A stretch of 62,322 nt of DNA. It comes from Alphaproteobacteria bacterium. GTDB taxonomy: Bacteria > Pseudomonadota > Alphaproteobacteria > CAAHEQ01 > UBA3637. This document shows, in pieces, positions 17,124-26,590 of this stretch. A program made the position numbers and the translations under genes. The stretch is from positions 1 through 62,322 of the forward strand of contig JAFTSJ010000040.1 in the NCBI GenBank assembly GCA_017467335.1, read 5' to 3'. The stretch's first letter is position 1, and every line of letters starts with the position of its first letter. The notes beneath the pieces were generated by a model. It was given only the letters and a program-made list of their open reading frames with translations, made no database searches and was not told the DNA's origin.

Positions 17124-17873
17124 TTATTTTCCGTTATTGCCCATTTTAGCACCGAATAACAACGGATTGATTTTTGTTGTCGGTAGATTGTGTAGATAAT
17201 CGCATTTGTCTCCGGCAGCATAATATAATGTCATGTTGTCAAAAAGGGAGTTTGTTTTGTTAAAATAGTCGCCGTTAACAGGGTTACATTTTGCAATGCG
17301 AGGTAAAATAGATTTATCTCTGCGAACGGGATTGACTGGATCGTAAATATAATTTTTACCTTTGTTTGTTAAGGCAATATAACTATGTTCTTCAAAATTA
17401 AAATCATTGTCGGTGTACCAACCGAGTTCACCACCGACATAACGAGTCGGAATGTTTTGACTTTGGAAATATGTTTGTGCCAGAATGGAAAATTCCGTAC
17501 AGGCACATTTTTTGTTGGATACGACATCTGACAATTTAATTTCTTCTTTAGACCTGTAAAATTTTGCATGCTCACTGCCGGTTGTAATAATATCGGGATA
17601 ATAAGCACGCATAACATTGTTAAAAGCACACATGTGACAGAAAACAGAAAAATCCAATCCTGTTTGATACGATTCGTACCATTCTTTTGTTGGCTTTGAT
17701 GTCATCAGCAGATGAGCATTTTTTTTGATTTTATCAAATAACGGTTCAAATTGTTCAATATCAATTGTCAGCAAAATATTAGAAGCACCCCTCGACGAAC
17801 CTCCGACCGGAAACAATATACCATTGTCGATTTTGTCTGAATACAAATGCCCTCCTGATAATTGTTTAAACAT
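17124..17873 (-). CDS. Hypothetical protein with transglutaminase/papain-like Cys-His-Asp triad
   Basis: ACTEFSILAQTYF...EEHSYIAL...YIYDP spacing. Start at 17873 follows a GGAG RBS. Confidence 0.6.
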   Translation of the reverse strand: MFKQLSGGHLYSDKIDNGILFPVGGSSRGASNILLTIDIEQFEPLFDKIKKNAHLLMTSKPTKEWYESYQTGLDFSVFCHMCAFNNVMRAYYPDIITTGSEHAKFYRSKEEIKLSDVVSNKKCACTEFSILAQTYFQSQNIPTRYVGGELGWYTDNDFNFEEHSYIALTNKGKNYIYDPVNPVRRDKSILPRIAKCNPVNGDYFNKTNSLFDNMTLYYAAGDKCDYLHNLPTTKINPLLFGAKMGNNGK

Positions 17874-17947
17874 TGTTTCTCCTTCCATGAACGTGTTTTT
17901 TTCAGTATAATGCAAATTGACATAAAAAGCAAGTTACTTAACCGTTA

Positions 17948-20710
17948 TCATTCCCAACGGTTGGATTGCTGTGTTTGTTGTCGTGTATTTGAATAGGCTT
18001 TGACGCGTGCCTTTAACAATAAATTGCGACCTTTGATTGTTCTTGTGTAAATAATATTGCAAAATCCGATACGGCGTTGCCAAATTTTTTTAAACAAAAG
18101 AACATTTTTTTTATTTAAACCGATAATAGAGGGAATGGCATAGTAATCTACCTGTTTTAAAAATCTCAAAACAGCATTTTTACGGACAAGTAAATATCGT
18201 GCATTTTCAATCGGATTTAAAAATTCAGAAAGAGATTGCATGAAAATATTATTGTCACGTAAAGATAATGTATCAGCAGAAATATAATATCCGTCTGTTG
18301 TTTTATGAACGACTAAGGATGACATTTTGGGATTTGTTGAAATAATATTCATTTCGAATAATGTTTCCAAAATAACAAGAGATATTTGTTTTAAAATACC
18401 ATCCGGTCTTCCTGTTCGGATAAGGCGTAACGTTGCCGGTAACATTAAGGCTGCAAATCCACCAATACCGAATGTGAGCATAGACATATTCCACCCAATC
18501 GGGGCACGACCAGATATGTTCTGTAGGAAAACATATGGAATTACGCACGCAGATGCCAGTCGTGCTGCAAAACCGTCAATGTATGTAAATGCTTTCGGAT
18601 GGAATATGGGTGTTTTCAATCCGATTTTTAGATGAGCCGTTCCCATACCGGTACCGTCAAACAATCCGCTTTCCCAAGCTTGTCGTGTGGTTTCACGAGA
18701 ATAAGATAACATTTTTTGAGTTAATTGTTTCAAATAATCTTGAACAGCTAAATTTTGATAAAACTTATCCAATTTATCAAATAAACACCGTTCAATACCG
18801 TTTTGAATCTGATACGGCTTGTAAAGTGTCGGGGCTTCATATCCATCAAATCGGCGTTTGACTTTGTTAAAGTCTGCTTCATCGTTTTCAAGGATATTCA
18901 TCGTTATCCAAGTAGCCATTCGGTCTACTATACTATATGTTTGGACACTGACTAAATGCCAAATATGAGATACTTTGAGTGGATTTCCTTTTTCAATTCG
19001 AATGGCTCTGCCTCTCATTTGATTAGATAACATATAGGAGGCAACCGTGCTGGATAAAATCAATGAATTGACAGCAGGAGCATCCCATCCTTCTCCCAAA
19101 AGAGCTTGTGTCCCGATAAGAATATTTAAATCTCCGCCATTGAATAAGCGCGTTATCAAATGCACAATTTTTGATTTGATGTTTTCAGCAGGTTTAACTT
19201 CTACATATTGGGGAAAGGTTGTTAATTTTTTAAATGCAATATCCGTTGTCGAAATGTTGACACTTTCCATCAGCGAAATCAATGCTTCTTTTTTACATTG
19301 AGGTAAAATAATGATTTTACCGGTCAAAACGCCCAAGAAAATGTTCGGTAGAGATAATTTTGCCAACTGCATGAAAATAGGAATAACACCTAATGTTTGT
19401 ATGGTGGATGTAAAAGCTTCCGATTTGATATAATCAGCCAAAACAACCAACCGTAATTTATCTTGTAATTGTTGACTTTCGGTTAGCACAATTTGGGAAA
19501 TAGCATCTAATTTACCCAAACTGCGAGCCATATTTTTCATCAGTTTCGGATTGCCTGTAAGATAAATTTTATGATGATATATCAAGTGATGTTTTTGAGC
19601 TTTTTGATGTAGTAACGTGATAAAATCATGTAAATTGGGAAAGCGATCCGCATAGTTAAAAATCAATTTATTCAATAAACATTCGGCTTGCATTAAATCA
19701 AATGTTGGTAAGGCTTTTTGTTGTGTATCGAATAATTTACAAAATGCTTTGGGAAGTGTAAATTGATGATAATTTAAATAAGATGCCAATGCAATGTAAA
19801 ATTTTGGATCATCAAATATGTTTTCAATATATTGTCGGGGATTTTTCCAAACGTCCAAATGAAAAACATGGACGGGCATATCCTTGTCTTCTAAAAAATC
19901 AGTATAAAACGATAGAGCATTGTCTTGATACAAATAATGACTCTGTTCTTCTTCTTTTCGTAACGGAGCAAAGTATATTAAGTCTTGATGAGGGCATAAA
20001 TCCCCATTTTTAACCAATTCGGGAATGCTGATACATTCATCAATTGGACCGCATAACTTTTCATATCGTTTCCATTCATTAAAATCCACATCATAAGGAG
20101 GCGTTGCCGTCAATGATAATGTTGTCGATGGTTTTAAATGTTCCATAATATAGTCTAATGCTTTCCACCATTCTTTTCGTAAATGATGGGCTTCATCGAA
20201 ACATAATAAATCAATATTTGCGTCTTTCAGTTTTTGAATGAGTGCTTGGGCTTTTTTGCTGTTAAGGCGAGCAAAAGCCTTTTCCGGTTGTTTGGTTTGT
20301 GGAAGTGTATCTGTTTCTTCTATATCTGAATTGGCAACGATATCCGCAGAAGAAACATCATTTTCTTCTTTGTGACCACATAAAGCGGCTAAAAGACCTT
20401 GATAAGTCGATATCGTAATCGTTTTGGGAGATAAAATATCCATTGAAATCAATTGAGAAGCGATTTGTGTATCAGTTAAAAAAAGTTGTTTCAGTCGCAA
20501 TTCCCATTGGTTTTTAATTGTAATGGTTGGTGCTAAAATTAAACATTTTTTACCGATACGCCGGATAACTTCTAATCCTAAAATGGTTTTACCGGCCCCC
20601 GGAGCAGCCACGATATGTAATTTTTCATCGGATAGATGTTTTTGTAAGCGATTGAGAACGTTTTGTTGATACGAACGCCATTTGCCATCAAATCTTAAAT
20701 GGTTAAACAT
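17948..20710 (-). CDS. SF2 DEAD/DEAH-box helicase family protein
   Basis: AAPGAGKT, DEAHH, LTATP, LGEGWDAP and QMRGRAIR motifs. The ORF track gives an alternative start at 20722. Confidence 0.9.
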   Translation of the reverse strand: MFNHLRFDGKWRSYQQNVLNRLQKHLSDEKLHIVAAPGAGKTILGLEVIRRIGKKCLILAPTITIKNQWELRLKQLFLTDTQIASQLISMDILSPKTITISTYQGLLAALCGHKEENDVSSADIVANSDIEETDTLPQTKQPEKAFARLNSKKAQALIQKLKDANIDLLCFDEAHHLRKEWWKALDYIMEHLKPSTTLSLTATPPYDVDFNEWKRYEKLCGPIDECISIPELVKNGDLCPHQDLIYFAPLRKEEEQSHYLYQDNALSFYTDFLEDKDMPVHVFHLDVWKNPRQYIENIFDDPKFYIALASYLNYHQFTLPKAFCKLFDTQQKALPTFDLMQAECLLNKLIFNYADRFPNLHDFITLLHQKAQKHHLIYHHKIYLTGNPKLMKNMARSLGKLDAISQIVLTESQQLQDKLRLVVLADYIKSEAFTSTIQTLGVIPIFMQLAKLSLPNIFLGVLTGKIIILPQCKKEALISLMESVNISTTDIAFKKLTTFPQYVEVKPAENIKSKIVHLITRLFNGGDLNILIGTQALLGEGWDAPAVNSLILSSTVASYMLSNQMRGRAIRIEKGNPLKVSHIWHLVSVQTYSIVDRMATWITMNILENDEADFNKVKRRFDGYEAPTLYKPYQIQNGIERCLFDKLDKFYQNLAVQDYLKQLTQKMLSYSRETTRQAWESGLFDGTGMGTAHLKIGLKTPIFHPKAFTYIDGFAARLASACVIPYVFLQNISGRAPIGWNMSMLTFGIGGFAALMLPATLRLIRTGRPDGILKQISLVILETLFEMNIISTNPKMSSLVVHKTTDGYYISADTLSLRDNNIFMQSLSEFLNPIENARYLLVRKNAVLRFLKQVDYYAIPSIIGLNKKNVLLFKKIWQRRIGFCNIIYTRTIKGRNLLLKARVKAYSNTRQQTQQSNRWE

Positions 20711-20763
20711 AGATACCCCCATATTTATATTTTTAATGCGATCATACCCCTAAAAATCAATTG

Positions 20764-21273
20764 TTATTTAATATGCCCCTTGTATTGTTGTTTTTGCCGA
20801 ATGGTTTGAATCGTTGTATCCTTTGCAACACGAACGGCAGGCATAGATTCTTTTTTTGAAATGGCTTGATATAAATATTTCGCAAGAGCCGTTTGACGAT
20901 TTGTTTCGTATAAATGTTCATAAGATGTTAAAAATTGCCAAACGGATGTTAATTTTAAATGAGCAGCTAACATGGCCGGTGTCATACCTTGTTTATTTTG
21001 AATAAACGGGTTCGGATTGAGACGAGATAAAAATGCAACATCTAACATGTCGTCTTGTTGCATATTTCCTTCGGCAATGGTGTTATGACCTCTTAATTGG
21101 TCACTTCGAACGGCAATATGTAATAATGTATCACCGTTGGCATCTTGACCGTTGATATCACAACCGGATTGTAATAAATCCTTGATAAACGCAACTTGCT
21201 GTCCGATTTGTTGAAACGGTAAGGATTCAATTTCTTTTAGTGCTTTTTCAATTCTGATATTTATTTTTCCCAT
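20764..21273 (-). CDS. Small ankyrin-repeat protein
   Basis: DINGQDANGDTLLHIAV and NKQGMTPAMLA motifs, with a basic C-terminus. Confidence 0.75.
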   Translation of the reverse strand: MGKINIRIEKALKEIESLPFQQIGQQVAFIKDLLQSGCDINGQDANGDTLLHIAVRSDQLRGHNTIAEGNMQQDDMLDVAFLSRLNPNPFIQNKQGMTPAMLAAHLKLTSVWQFLTSYEHLYETNRQTALAKYLYQAISKKESMPAVRVAKDTTIQTIRQKQQYKGHIK

Positions 21274-21446
21274 GATAAAACCTTTCTTTAAACATACAAT
21301 GGTGTTAATGTATCATAAATAAGTTATTTATTCAAGTTTTTTGATAAAAAACAACAAATAAAGGAAAAATTTATAGATTTGCCTTGTAATACTGTTAATA
21401 ATATATATAATACCAGTTAATCATAATAAATAGCAAGGTTAAGTAT

Positions 21447-22727
21447 ATGAAAAAATTAAAAAGCAAAGTTGTGTCTGAAATAGGCCGAGGTATGGTTGAA
21501 ATACTGGGTGTTTTGGGGGTTATCGGTGTTTTATCTATCGGGGGTATATATGGGTATCAATATGCTATGAATAAATATATAGCTAATAACATTATTCAAG
21601 ATGCGGCATTGGCAGATACACACCTATATTCTTTGCCGGATAAAGAACCGTTTCCATGGACAGAGATCAACAAAAATTTTCATACGGACAAAATAATTGA
21701 AATTCATCGGGATAATGAAGGCGATGGGTATGTTCGTGTCAAAGATATTGAAGAAGCGGTATGTAAACATATCTTAATGATGAATAATCCGCCTCGCATG
21801 ACACTTTTTAATACAGAAAGAGAACCTTTTACAAAATGTACTCAAGTAAATACAATTGTGTTTGCCTTTAACAGTATGCGGGCTCCCGGTGTTAATTGCG
21901 AAAGTGGTCTTGATTGTATCAAGATGAATATGTATTGTCAAAAAGATTATAAAGTTTGTCAAAATTGTCCGGAAGGGTATAAAGTAAATGCACAAGCTGA
22001 CGGATGTGATATTGTTTGTGATACAACAAGTCAAACAACCTGTCATTTAGACGGGACGTATTGGTGTTGTGATAAAAATTTATTGTGTGGTGATATCGTT
22101 GGTCTTTGTGAAGAATCAGACGGATATTGCGAATACAAAGTCAATCAACAACAAATCGATATTAAATCTGATTGTGCTTATATTTACAGTCAACAGGCAC
22201 AGACAATATATTCAGATTGTCAATACCGGTTTCAAAACACTGCCGGCGGGGCTACGTTTGAGCCGGTTAAAGATTGTGCCAAGGGACAATATTGTAATTT
22301 AACTTTTACGGATGATAAATGTCAGGACGGATTAAAAAATGAAAGTGTCGGTTTGATGTATGGGGTTTGTTCGGCACATGATCTGGCGTTAAGGACATGC
22401 CGACTGAAATCTGTTACGAATCCGATGAGTGTGAAAAAACGCTGTCCGAAAGGGCAATATTGTCGTTTGATCTATACAGATGAATTGTGTACAACGCCTA
22501 TTCCCGATAGTAACGGGGTACCGATGATGTACGGCGTTTGTTCTGATTTGTCAATGGCAACGAACAGTTGTCCGATTCAAAGTATTAGCAATGCCGTTAC
22601 ACCGATTAAAGAATGTCCACGGGCGAAATTTTGTCATTTAACGCATACGGATAAAGAATATACGACTCCTGTCGATAATTACGGAGCAGAAACGCTATTC
22701 GGTGTATGCAGAAAAAAGGATAAATAA
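21447..22727 (+). CDS. Pilin-like (class III signal peptide) protein with Cys-rich repeats
   Basis: EIG|RGMVEILGVLGVIGVLSIGGIYGY prepilin-type N-terminus with Glu at +5. About 30 Cys residues and three C-terminal ~56-aa C.KGQYC.L....C......MYGVC repeats. Confidence 0.85.
   Translation: MKKLKSKVVSEIGRGMVEILGVLGVIGVLSIGGIYGYQYAMNKYIANNIIQDAALADTHLYSLPDKEPFPWTEINKNFHTDKIIEIHRDNEGDGYVRVKDIEEAVCKHILMMNNPPRMTLFNTEREPFTKCTQVNTIVFAFNSMRAPGVNCESGLDCIKMNMYCQKDYKVCQNCPEGYKVNAQADGCDIVCDTTSQTTCHLDGTYWCCDKNLLCGDIVGLCEESDGYCEYKVNQQQIDIKSDCAYIYSQQAQTIYSDCQYRFQNTAGGATFEPVKDCAKGQYCNLTFTDDKCQDGLKNESVGLMYGVCSAHDLALRTCRLKSVTNPMSVKKRCPKGQYCRLIYTDELCTTPIPDSNGVPMMYGVCSDLSMATNSCPIQSISNAVTPIKECPRAKFCHLTHTDKEYTTPVDNYGAETLFGVCRKKDK
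22275..22724 (+). repeat. Three diverged 168-171 bp Cys-rich coding repeats
   Basis: The first Cys codon of each repeat is at 22275, 22443 and 22614. Confidence 0.85.
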
Positions 22728-22729
22728 AA

Positions 22730-22754
22730 GGGGGTGCCGGATATAGGCACCCCC
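22730..22754. terminator. Hairpin between convergent genes (probable bidirectional terminator)
   Basis: GGGGGTGCC-ggatata-GGCACCCCC flanked by A tracts. Confidence 0.75.
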
Positions 22755-22778
22755 CAAAAACGTGATTTTATTAAAATA

Positions 22779-23216
22779 TTATTGTGTATTTGTTTTTTTA
22801 GGGGCACAAATAGCGTGTTTACCGCTATCGGCTTTTCCGAATGAATTTAAGGTCCCACTGTTGGGATTGATGACCCGAGCAACTGTTGTACTGGTACCAA
22901 CTTCTGTCCATGCAAATACATTACCGGTATAAGCTCCGACAATATTCGGACATGCACCGGCACCTGTTCCACCCAGCCATCTTTTTTCTTCACTAATATA
23001 ACATAAATCAGTTAAATTTCCCAATTTCATTGATTGAGATTCGCACCAAGCAAATGCACTCCACCAATTCATACCGATTTTACTTAAGCAATATTTTGTA
23101 CCGTTTTTACCTTCAATAGGGTGACCGCCATCACAATCAGCCCAAGAAGATGTTGATATAATACAACCTAAAGTGATAACGATTGAAAAAAATAAAGATT
23201 TTGGTTTTATTAACAT
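22779..23216 (-). CDS. Small secreted Cys-containing protein, C-type-lectin/Lcl-like
   Basis: Signal peptide and CDGG...GKNG..YCLS...MNWWSAFAWC motif. Paralog of 61615-61980. Confidence 0.75.
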   Translation of the reverse strand: MLIKPKSLFFSIVITLGCIISTSSWADCDGGHPIEGKNGTKYCLSKIGMNWWSAFAWCESQSMKLGNLTDLCYISEEKRWLGGTGAGACPNIVGAYTGNVFAWTEVGTSTTVARVINPNSGTLNSFGKADSGKHAICAPKKTNTQ

Positions 23217-23475
23217 ATGTTTTTCCTTTATATCTATTGCGAATATATTATATTTATACTGTATTTAAAAAGAAATCAAATAAAAAAAACAAACAGATTG
23301 ATTTTAAAGTGTAGAAAATATTTTTTTGTTTTATTATATTGTTTATCATAAATATTTTATATAATACAGTCCAAAAAACAGCCGTTAATTTTTTGTAAAA
23401 TATCCGTAAAAAAACATTTAAGATTTTTTCAAATGGCGAAAATAAAAAGAGAACTAAATCAATTTGTTAACTTAA

Positions 23476-23505
23476 AAAAATGTGTCAAAAAAACGTCCCT
23501 TTTTT
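23476..23505. repeat. Left inverted repeat (IRL) of a putative invertible promoter
   Basis: AAAAATGTGTCAAAAAAACGTCCCTTTTTT, 29/30 identical to the reverse complement of 23617-23646. It has an internal dyad TGTC-A7-cgtccc-T7-GACA. Confidence 0.9.
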
Positions 23506-23509
23506 TGAC

Positions 23510-23538
23510 ATAATATTTTAGATTTATTTCATTGTCAA
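23510..23538 (-). promoter_or_regulatory. Sigma70 promoter inside the invertible segment, pointing left
   Basis: Minus strand reads TTGACA (23538-23533), N17, TATTAT (23515-23510). Confidence 0.8.
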
Positions 23539-23616
23539 CTAAAATTTGTAATTATTTGATTTTTCATGATTTTTTTGTTTTTGAAAAAGTGTAACCCTTA
23601 CCAAAAAAAAGCGTTC

Positions 23617-23646
23617 AAAAAAGGGACGTTTTTTTGACATATTTTT
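23617..23646. repeat. Right inverted repeat (IRR) of a putative invertible promoter
   Basis: AAAAAAGGGACGTTTTTTTGACATATTTTT, the reverse complement of IRL with one mismatch. The asymmetric core is inverted (GGGACG). Confidence 0.9.
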
Positions 23647-23691
23647 GAAAAATAACTGTCTGATTTTATTCATTTTTAAAATGGGGGTTCT

Positions 23692-25050
23692 ATGGAAATT
23701 TTAAACGCTTTTTTTAACGGATATTTTAAACAAAAAACAGCTGAAACAGGACGCAGTATGGTAGAAATGTTGGGCGTTTTGGCGGTTATTGGTGTTCTTT
23801 CAATCGGGGGTATTTACGGTTATACATTTGCGATGGATAAATATCTGGCAAATGAAACGTTAAATGAATTGAATACATTAGCTCACACACACGGTATGCA
23901 GATATATCAGATGATTGAAAAGGATGCTTTTCCATCTGACGATACCGTTTTAAGTGATGAAGATGCAAAAACCCGCTTAGGTTTTGATTACGAAGTTGCG
24001 GTATTCAGTGACCATTTTGAAATAGATGTTTTTGATGTGCCATATGCTATTTGTAATCAAATTCAACAAACGGCTTGGAATTTGCCATATGATGTTCAGG
24101 TTACAAATGCAACCACAGAAAAATGTGAAGCCGTTACGTATTTTTTTGATAACAATCTTTTCAGTCCTGATAATATGCAACAAGGCACGGGTGGTATCGG
24201 TAACAACAGTGATAATAATGATGGCCTTAATTGTGAAACAGGTTATTATGAAGAAGACGGTGAATGTTTTCCGGCACCGGTTATTTCTGCTCCCAGCCCT
24301 CAAGATTTTTCGACAGAATTAGTTATTGGTACCAAATATACCCATCAAATTCAAGCCAGTGTTACAGAAAATGCAGAACTTACTTATACGTTAAATAATG
24401 CACCGGCTACAATGCGTATTAGTAATACCGGTTTAATAACCTATAAACCAACATCAGATGATAATTCAAATGGCACGGTATCCGTTCAAATAACAGCTCC
24501 GCATGCACAGTCAGTCAGTGTTCAAGTGGGTTATGAAATAGCATTAGAAAGCCTGGGTGATTGTACTAATGTCACGATGTGTGATATTCAGCGAGATGGC
24601 ATGACTGTTAGTATTATTAAAGGTGGATTACAGGAATGTGGTCCGAATCAATTTTGTGCATATACAGGAACATTTTCTCCAACAACAGTTAATGACTGTG
24701 AAATCGGAAGTTTTAGAGGACCGGTTAGCGGAACATGTCAAACGGCTTCTCATGTAACGGAACTCGTTGGTTATCCCAAGGAATTTTTGGGAATATCTTT
24801 TATTTCTCAATGTTATGCTGGGGGTGGACGTTTGCCGTTTAAATCGGAATTGATAGCACAAGGGTTAAGTCCGGCTGATTATTGGTATGTGTCCGGTAAT
24901 ACATTTCAATTAGATGCAGAAATGGGTTCTTCAGATGTTAATCCGGTAGAATTTTTATATAATATTTATATGCCGTTTGACATGACCGCCGAACAAATGT
25001 TGAAGGCTTATAATACACGTAGTATTATTAAGTGTGTTTATGATGATTAA
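23692..25050 (+). CDS. Pilin-like (class III signal peptide) adhesin with Ig/cadherin-like domain and Cys-rich C-terminus
   Basis: ETG|RSMVEMLGVLAVIGVLSIGG N-terminus, an Ig-like LTYTLNNAPATMRISNTGLITYKP segment and a Cys-rich C-terminal region. RBS GGGGG. Confidence 0.85.
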   Translation: MEILNAFFNGYFKQKTAETGRSMVEMLGVLAVIGVLSIGGIYGYTFAMDKYLANETLNELNTLAHTHGMQIYQMIEKDAFPSDDTVLSDEDAKTRLGFDYEVAVFSDHFEIDVFDVPYAICNQIQQTAWNLPYDVQVTNATTEKCEAVTYFFDNNLFSPDNMQQGTGGIGNNSDNNDGLNCETGYYEEDGECFPAPVISAPSPQDFSTELVIGTKYTHQIQASVTENAELTYTLNNAPATMRISNTGLITYKPTSDDNSNGTVSVQITAPHAQSVSVQVGYEIALESLGDCTNVTMCDIQRDGMTVSIIKGGLQECGPNQFCAYTGTFSPTTVNDCEIGSFRGPVSGTCQTASHVTELVGYPKEFLGISFISQCYAGGGRLPFKSELIAQGLSPADYWYVSGNTFQLDAEMGSSDVNPVEFLYNIYMPFDMTAEQMLKAYNTRSIIKCVYDD

Positions 25051-25067
25051 ATGATACATGTTAATTC

Positions 25068-25096
25068 AAAACCACCGATGATGTATCGGTGGTTTT
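25068..25096. terminator. Bidirectional terminator between the pilin-like gene and rho
   Basis: AAAACCACCGAT-gatgt-ATCGGTGGTTTT perfect stem. Confidence 0.85.
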
Positions 25097-25119
25097 AACA
25101 TGCTTTATAACATAAAAAA

Positions 25120-26385
25120 TTATTGATTCATACTGTCAAAAAATTCATCATTTGTTTTGCTTTGACGTAATTTATCCATTAAAAATTCCATCGAATCCGT
25201 AACACCCATCGGCATTAAAATTCGCCGTAAAATCCACATTTTAGGCAGTTTTTTCTTATCAACCAATAATTCTTCATTACGTGTACCGGATTTAATGATG
25301 TCAATAGCCGGAAAGATACGTTTATCAGAAACTTTGCGATCTAAAATAATTTCAGAGTTACCCGTTCCTTTAAATTCTTCAAAAATAACTTCATCCATAC
25401 GGGATCCTGTTTCAATCAAGGCTGTTCCGAAAATTGTTAAAGAACCGCCTTCTTCTACATTACGAGCCGCCCCGAAAAAACGTTTCGGACGCTGTAAGGC
25501 GTTGGCATCAACACCCCCTGTTAAAACTTTTCCCGAACTGGGAATAACCGTATTATATGCCCGAGATAATCGTGTGATGGAATCTAACAAAATGATAACA
25601 TCTTTTTTATGTTCAACTAATCGTTTAGCTTTTTCAATAACCATTTCGGCAACTTGAACATGGCGTGAAGCCGGTTCGTCAAAGGTTGAACTGATAACTT
25701 CCCCTTTAATAGAACGAATCATATCCGTTACTTCTTCAGGTCGTTCATCAATTAACAACATAATTAAGTGAGCTTCCGGATGATTTTTTTCAATGGAATG
25801 AGCAATGTTTTTTAACATAACCGTTTTCCCCGTGCGAGGCGGTGCAACCACTAAACAGCGTTGACCTTTTCCTTGCGGACATACCAAGTCGATAATGCGA
25901 GGTGTTAAATCCTTCATGCTTTCCAAATTGCCATCCCCATATTCCATAACAATCGGTTTGTCCGGATAAAGTGGAGTTAAATCATCAAAATTGACACGGT
26001 AACGTAATTCTTCCGGATGACCAAAGTTAACCGTGTTAATTTTAGCTAACGAAAAATATCGTTCCCCGTTTTTGGGAGCATTTATTTCTCCTGAAATGGT
26101 GTCCCCTGTTCTTAATCCCCATTTCTTGATGTGGTGAGGAGCAACGTAAATATCATCTTGTCCGGCTAAATAATTAGCTTCGGGAGAACGTAAAAAACCG
26201 AACCCGTCCTGCATAACTTCTAAAACACCATCCCCAAACAAAGTTGTTTCGGATTCAGACAGTTTTTTTAAAATAGCGTACATTAAATCTTGTGTGCGAA
26301 GGGATGTGGCATTTTCAACACCCAAATCCTCGGCGTAAACCAGCAACTCTGCCGGTGTTTTCTTTTTTAAATCTTGTAATTGCAT
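25120..26385 (-). CDS. rho: Transcription termination factor Rho
   Basis: [31 protein letters not shown] and [12 protein letters not shown] motifs. Confidence 0.99.
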   Translation of the reverse strand: MQLQDLKKKTPAELLVYAEDLGVENATSLRTQDLMYAILKKLSESETTLFGDGVLEVMQDGFGFLRSPEANYLAGQDDIYVAPHHIKKWGLRTGDTISGEINAPKNGERYFSLAKINTVNFGHPEELRYRVNFDDLTPLYPDKPIVMEYGDGNLESMKDLTPRIIDLVCPQGKGQRCLVVAPPRTGKTVMLKNIAHSIEKNHPEAHLIMLLIDERPEEVTDMIRSIKGEVISSTFDEPASRHVQVAEMVIEKAKRLVEHKKDVIILLDSITRLSRAYNTVIPSSGKVLTGGVDANALQRPKRFFGAARNVEEGGSLTIFGTALIETGSRMDEVIFEEFKGTGNSEIILDRKVSDKRIFPAIDIIKSGTRNEELLVDKKKLPKMWILRRILMPMGVTDSMEFLMDKLRQSKTNDEFFDSMNQ

Positions 26386-26590
26386 GTTATATCCTTAAAG
26401 TATGCAGAATTTGCACAATGCGTTACCAAATAATTCAAATTAAAACGCATGTGTCGGCAGGACGCCTACATGGTATATACTTTTTTTTTCGATTTTTGTC
26501 AATTGATTTTTCGTTTGGTTTATAAAAAAGAACTGGACTTCACCGTGAAATTGTGCCACATTAAAAAAGCACTGACGAAATGGAAATGTT

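Noticed and set aside
21274-21446. Second invertible promoter upstream of the first pilin-like gene
   Set aside because: No inverted repeat or CGTCCC-core motif was found by eye in this spacer.
15367-25100. Prophage or ICE integrated at tRNA-Phe
   Set aside because: No integrase, no phage genes and no direct repeat of the tRNA 3' end were found.
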